Positions 63,298-64,000 of a DNA stretch of 64,000 nt are shown in pieces (the first letter of the stretch is position 1; each line of letters starts with the position of its first letter). A program made the translations under genes and the position numbers. Under the pieces are notes generated by a model. It was not told where the DNA came from, ran no database searches, and worked only from the letters and a program-made list of their open reading frames with translations. The stretch is taken from NCBI GenBank assembly GCA_963772905.1, contig CAVYZD010000001.1, forward strand, positions 926,144-990,143, given 5' to 3'. The stretch comes from Bryobacterales bacterium. Its GTDB lineage: Bacteria > Acidobacteriota > Terriglobia > Bryobacterales > Bryobacteraceae.

Positions 63298-64000
63298 ATG
63301 ACTACCGAGAAACAAGACGTTTATGCCCGTATCACCAACAAGATCGTCGCCGACCTCGAACAGGGCGTCCGGCCCTGGCTGAAACCCTGGAACGCGGCGC
63401 ACACCCAGGGGCGCATCACCCGGCCCCTGCGTCACAACGGCCTCCCCTACTCCGGGATCAACATCCTCATGCTGTGGGCCTCTGCCATGGAGCAAGGCTT
63501 CGCGGCACCCATCTGGATGACCTTCAAGCAGGCGCTTGAGCTGGACGCCCATGTCCGCAAGGGCGAGAAAGGCTCGCTCGTCGTCTACGCGAATTCCATC
63601 ACGAAGACGCAAACCAGCGATGCCGGCGAGGAGATCGAGCGCGAGATCCCCTTCATGAAGGGCTACACCGTGTTTAACGTCGAGCAGATCGAGGGCCTGC
63701 CCGAGCATTACTACGGCAAGCCCGAGGTCAAGCTCACGCCGGTCGAGCGCAACCAGCGCGCCGAGACGTTCTTTCGCAACACCGGCGCCGATATCCGGTA
63801 CCGCGGCGACCGTGCCTTCTACGCTTACGAAGCCGACTACATCCAGATACCGGTGATCGAGGCCTTCTGCGATGCCGAAAGCTTTTACGCCACGCTCGCG
63901 CATGAGGCGACGCACTGGACGCGACATACATCACGGCTCGACCGCGATCTCGGCCGCAAACATTACGGCGACGAGGGCTATGCCCGCGAAGAGCTGGTCG
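63298..64000 (+). CDS. ardC: ArdC-type antirestriction protein (3' end beyond window)
   Basis: Own translation from the ATG after AAAGGAG: MTTEKQDVYARITNKIVADLEQGVRPWLKPW...GINILMLW...WMTFKQALELDAHVRKGEKG...LAHEATHWT (HExxH). It is not in the ORF track because it is truncated. Track ORF 62941-63927(-) is its antisense shadow. Confidence 0.9.
   Translation, partial: MTTEKQDVYARITNKIVADLEQGVRPWLKPWNAAHTQGRITRPLRHNGLPYSGINILMLWASAMEQGFAAPIWMTFKQALELDAHVRKGEKGSLVVYANSITKTQTSDAGEEIEREIPFMKGYTVFNVEQIEGLPEHYYGKPEVKLTPVERNQRAETFFRNTGADIRYRGDRAFYAYEADYIQIPVIEAFCDAESFYATLAHEATHWTRHTSRLDRDLGRKHYGDEGYAREELV

Noticed and set aside
62941-63927. 328-aa minus-strand ORF
   Set aside because: It is the antisense shadow of ardC, whose + strand translation shows clear ArdC blocks and an HExxH motif. 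The minus-frame product is Arg/Gly/Ala-rich and featureless.

Overview
This 64-kb window comes from a high-GC bacterial chromosome. Flank genes such as a VWFA-related Acidobacterial-type protein suggest Acidobacteriota, but that is inference only. Bases 1-9.9 kb look like ordinary chromosomal cell-envelope and stress DNA: M23 peptidase, L,D-transpeptidase, GlsB/YeaQ, SYLF, VWA and Dps. Bases 9.9-13.5 kb are a decayed integration hotspot. They hold PPK2 and antiporter gene fragments, a frameshifted tyrosine integrase that reads into a frameshifted IS481-family element, and tRNA-Gly(CCC). From 13.57 kb to the window end lies a large integrative conjugative or mobilizable element. In order it carries an intact paralogous integrase, an excisionase-type HTH, a DUF3991/Toprim primase and a type IV coupling protein (plus a degenerate second copy). 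Next comes a leading-region-like block of small + strand ORFs, each preceded by long imperfect hairpins, followed by MobC and a relaxase. After that are an RHS toxin/immunity module, AT-richer cargo (fatty-acid hydroxylase, acyltransferase, glycosyltransferase/TetR) and a second tyrosine recombinase. A ~19-kb defence island follows: a frameshifted TIGR04141-like gene, a GTPase/nucleotidyltransferase/PD-(D/E)xK cassette, an IS3-disrupted DUF3883 gene, Vsr, a ParB-like pair, a PD-(D/E)xK/Z1/GHKL/Dcm cluster and an HNH pair. The window ends in a truncated ardC. No rRNA gene or CRISPR array was seen. All family names come from motif recognition by eye; no database search was run.
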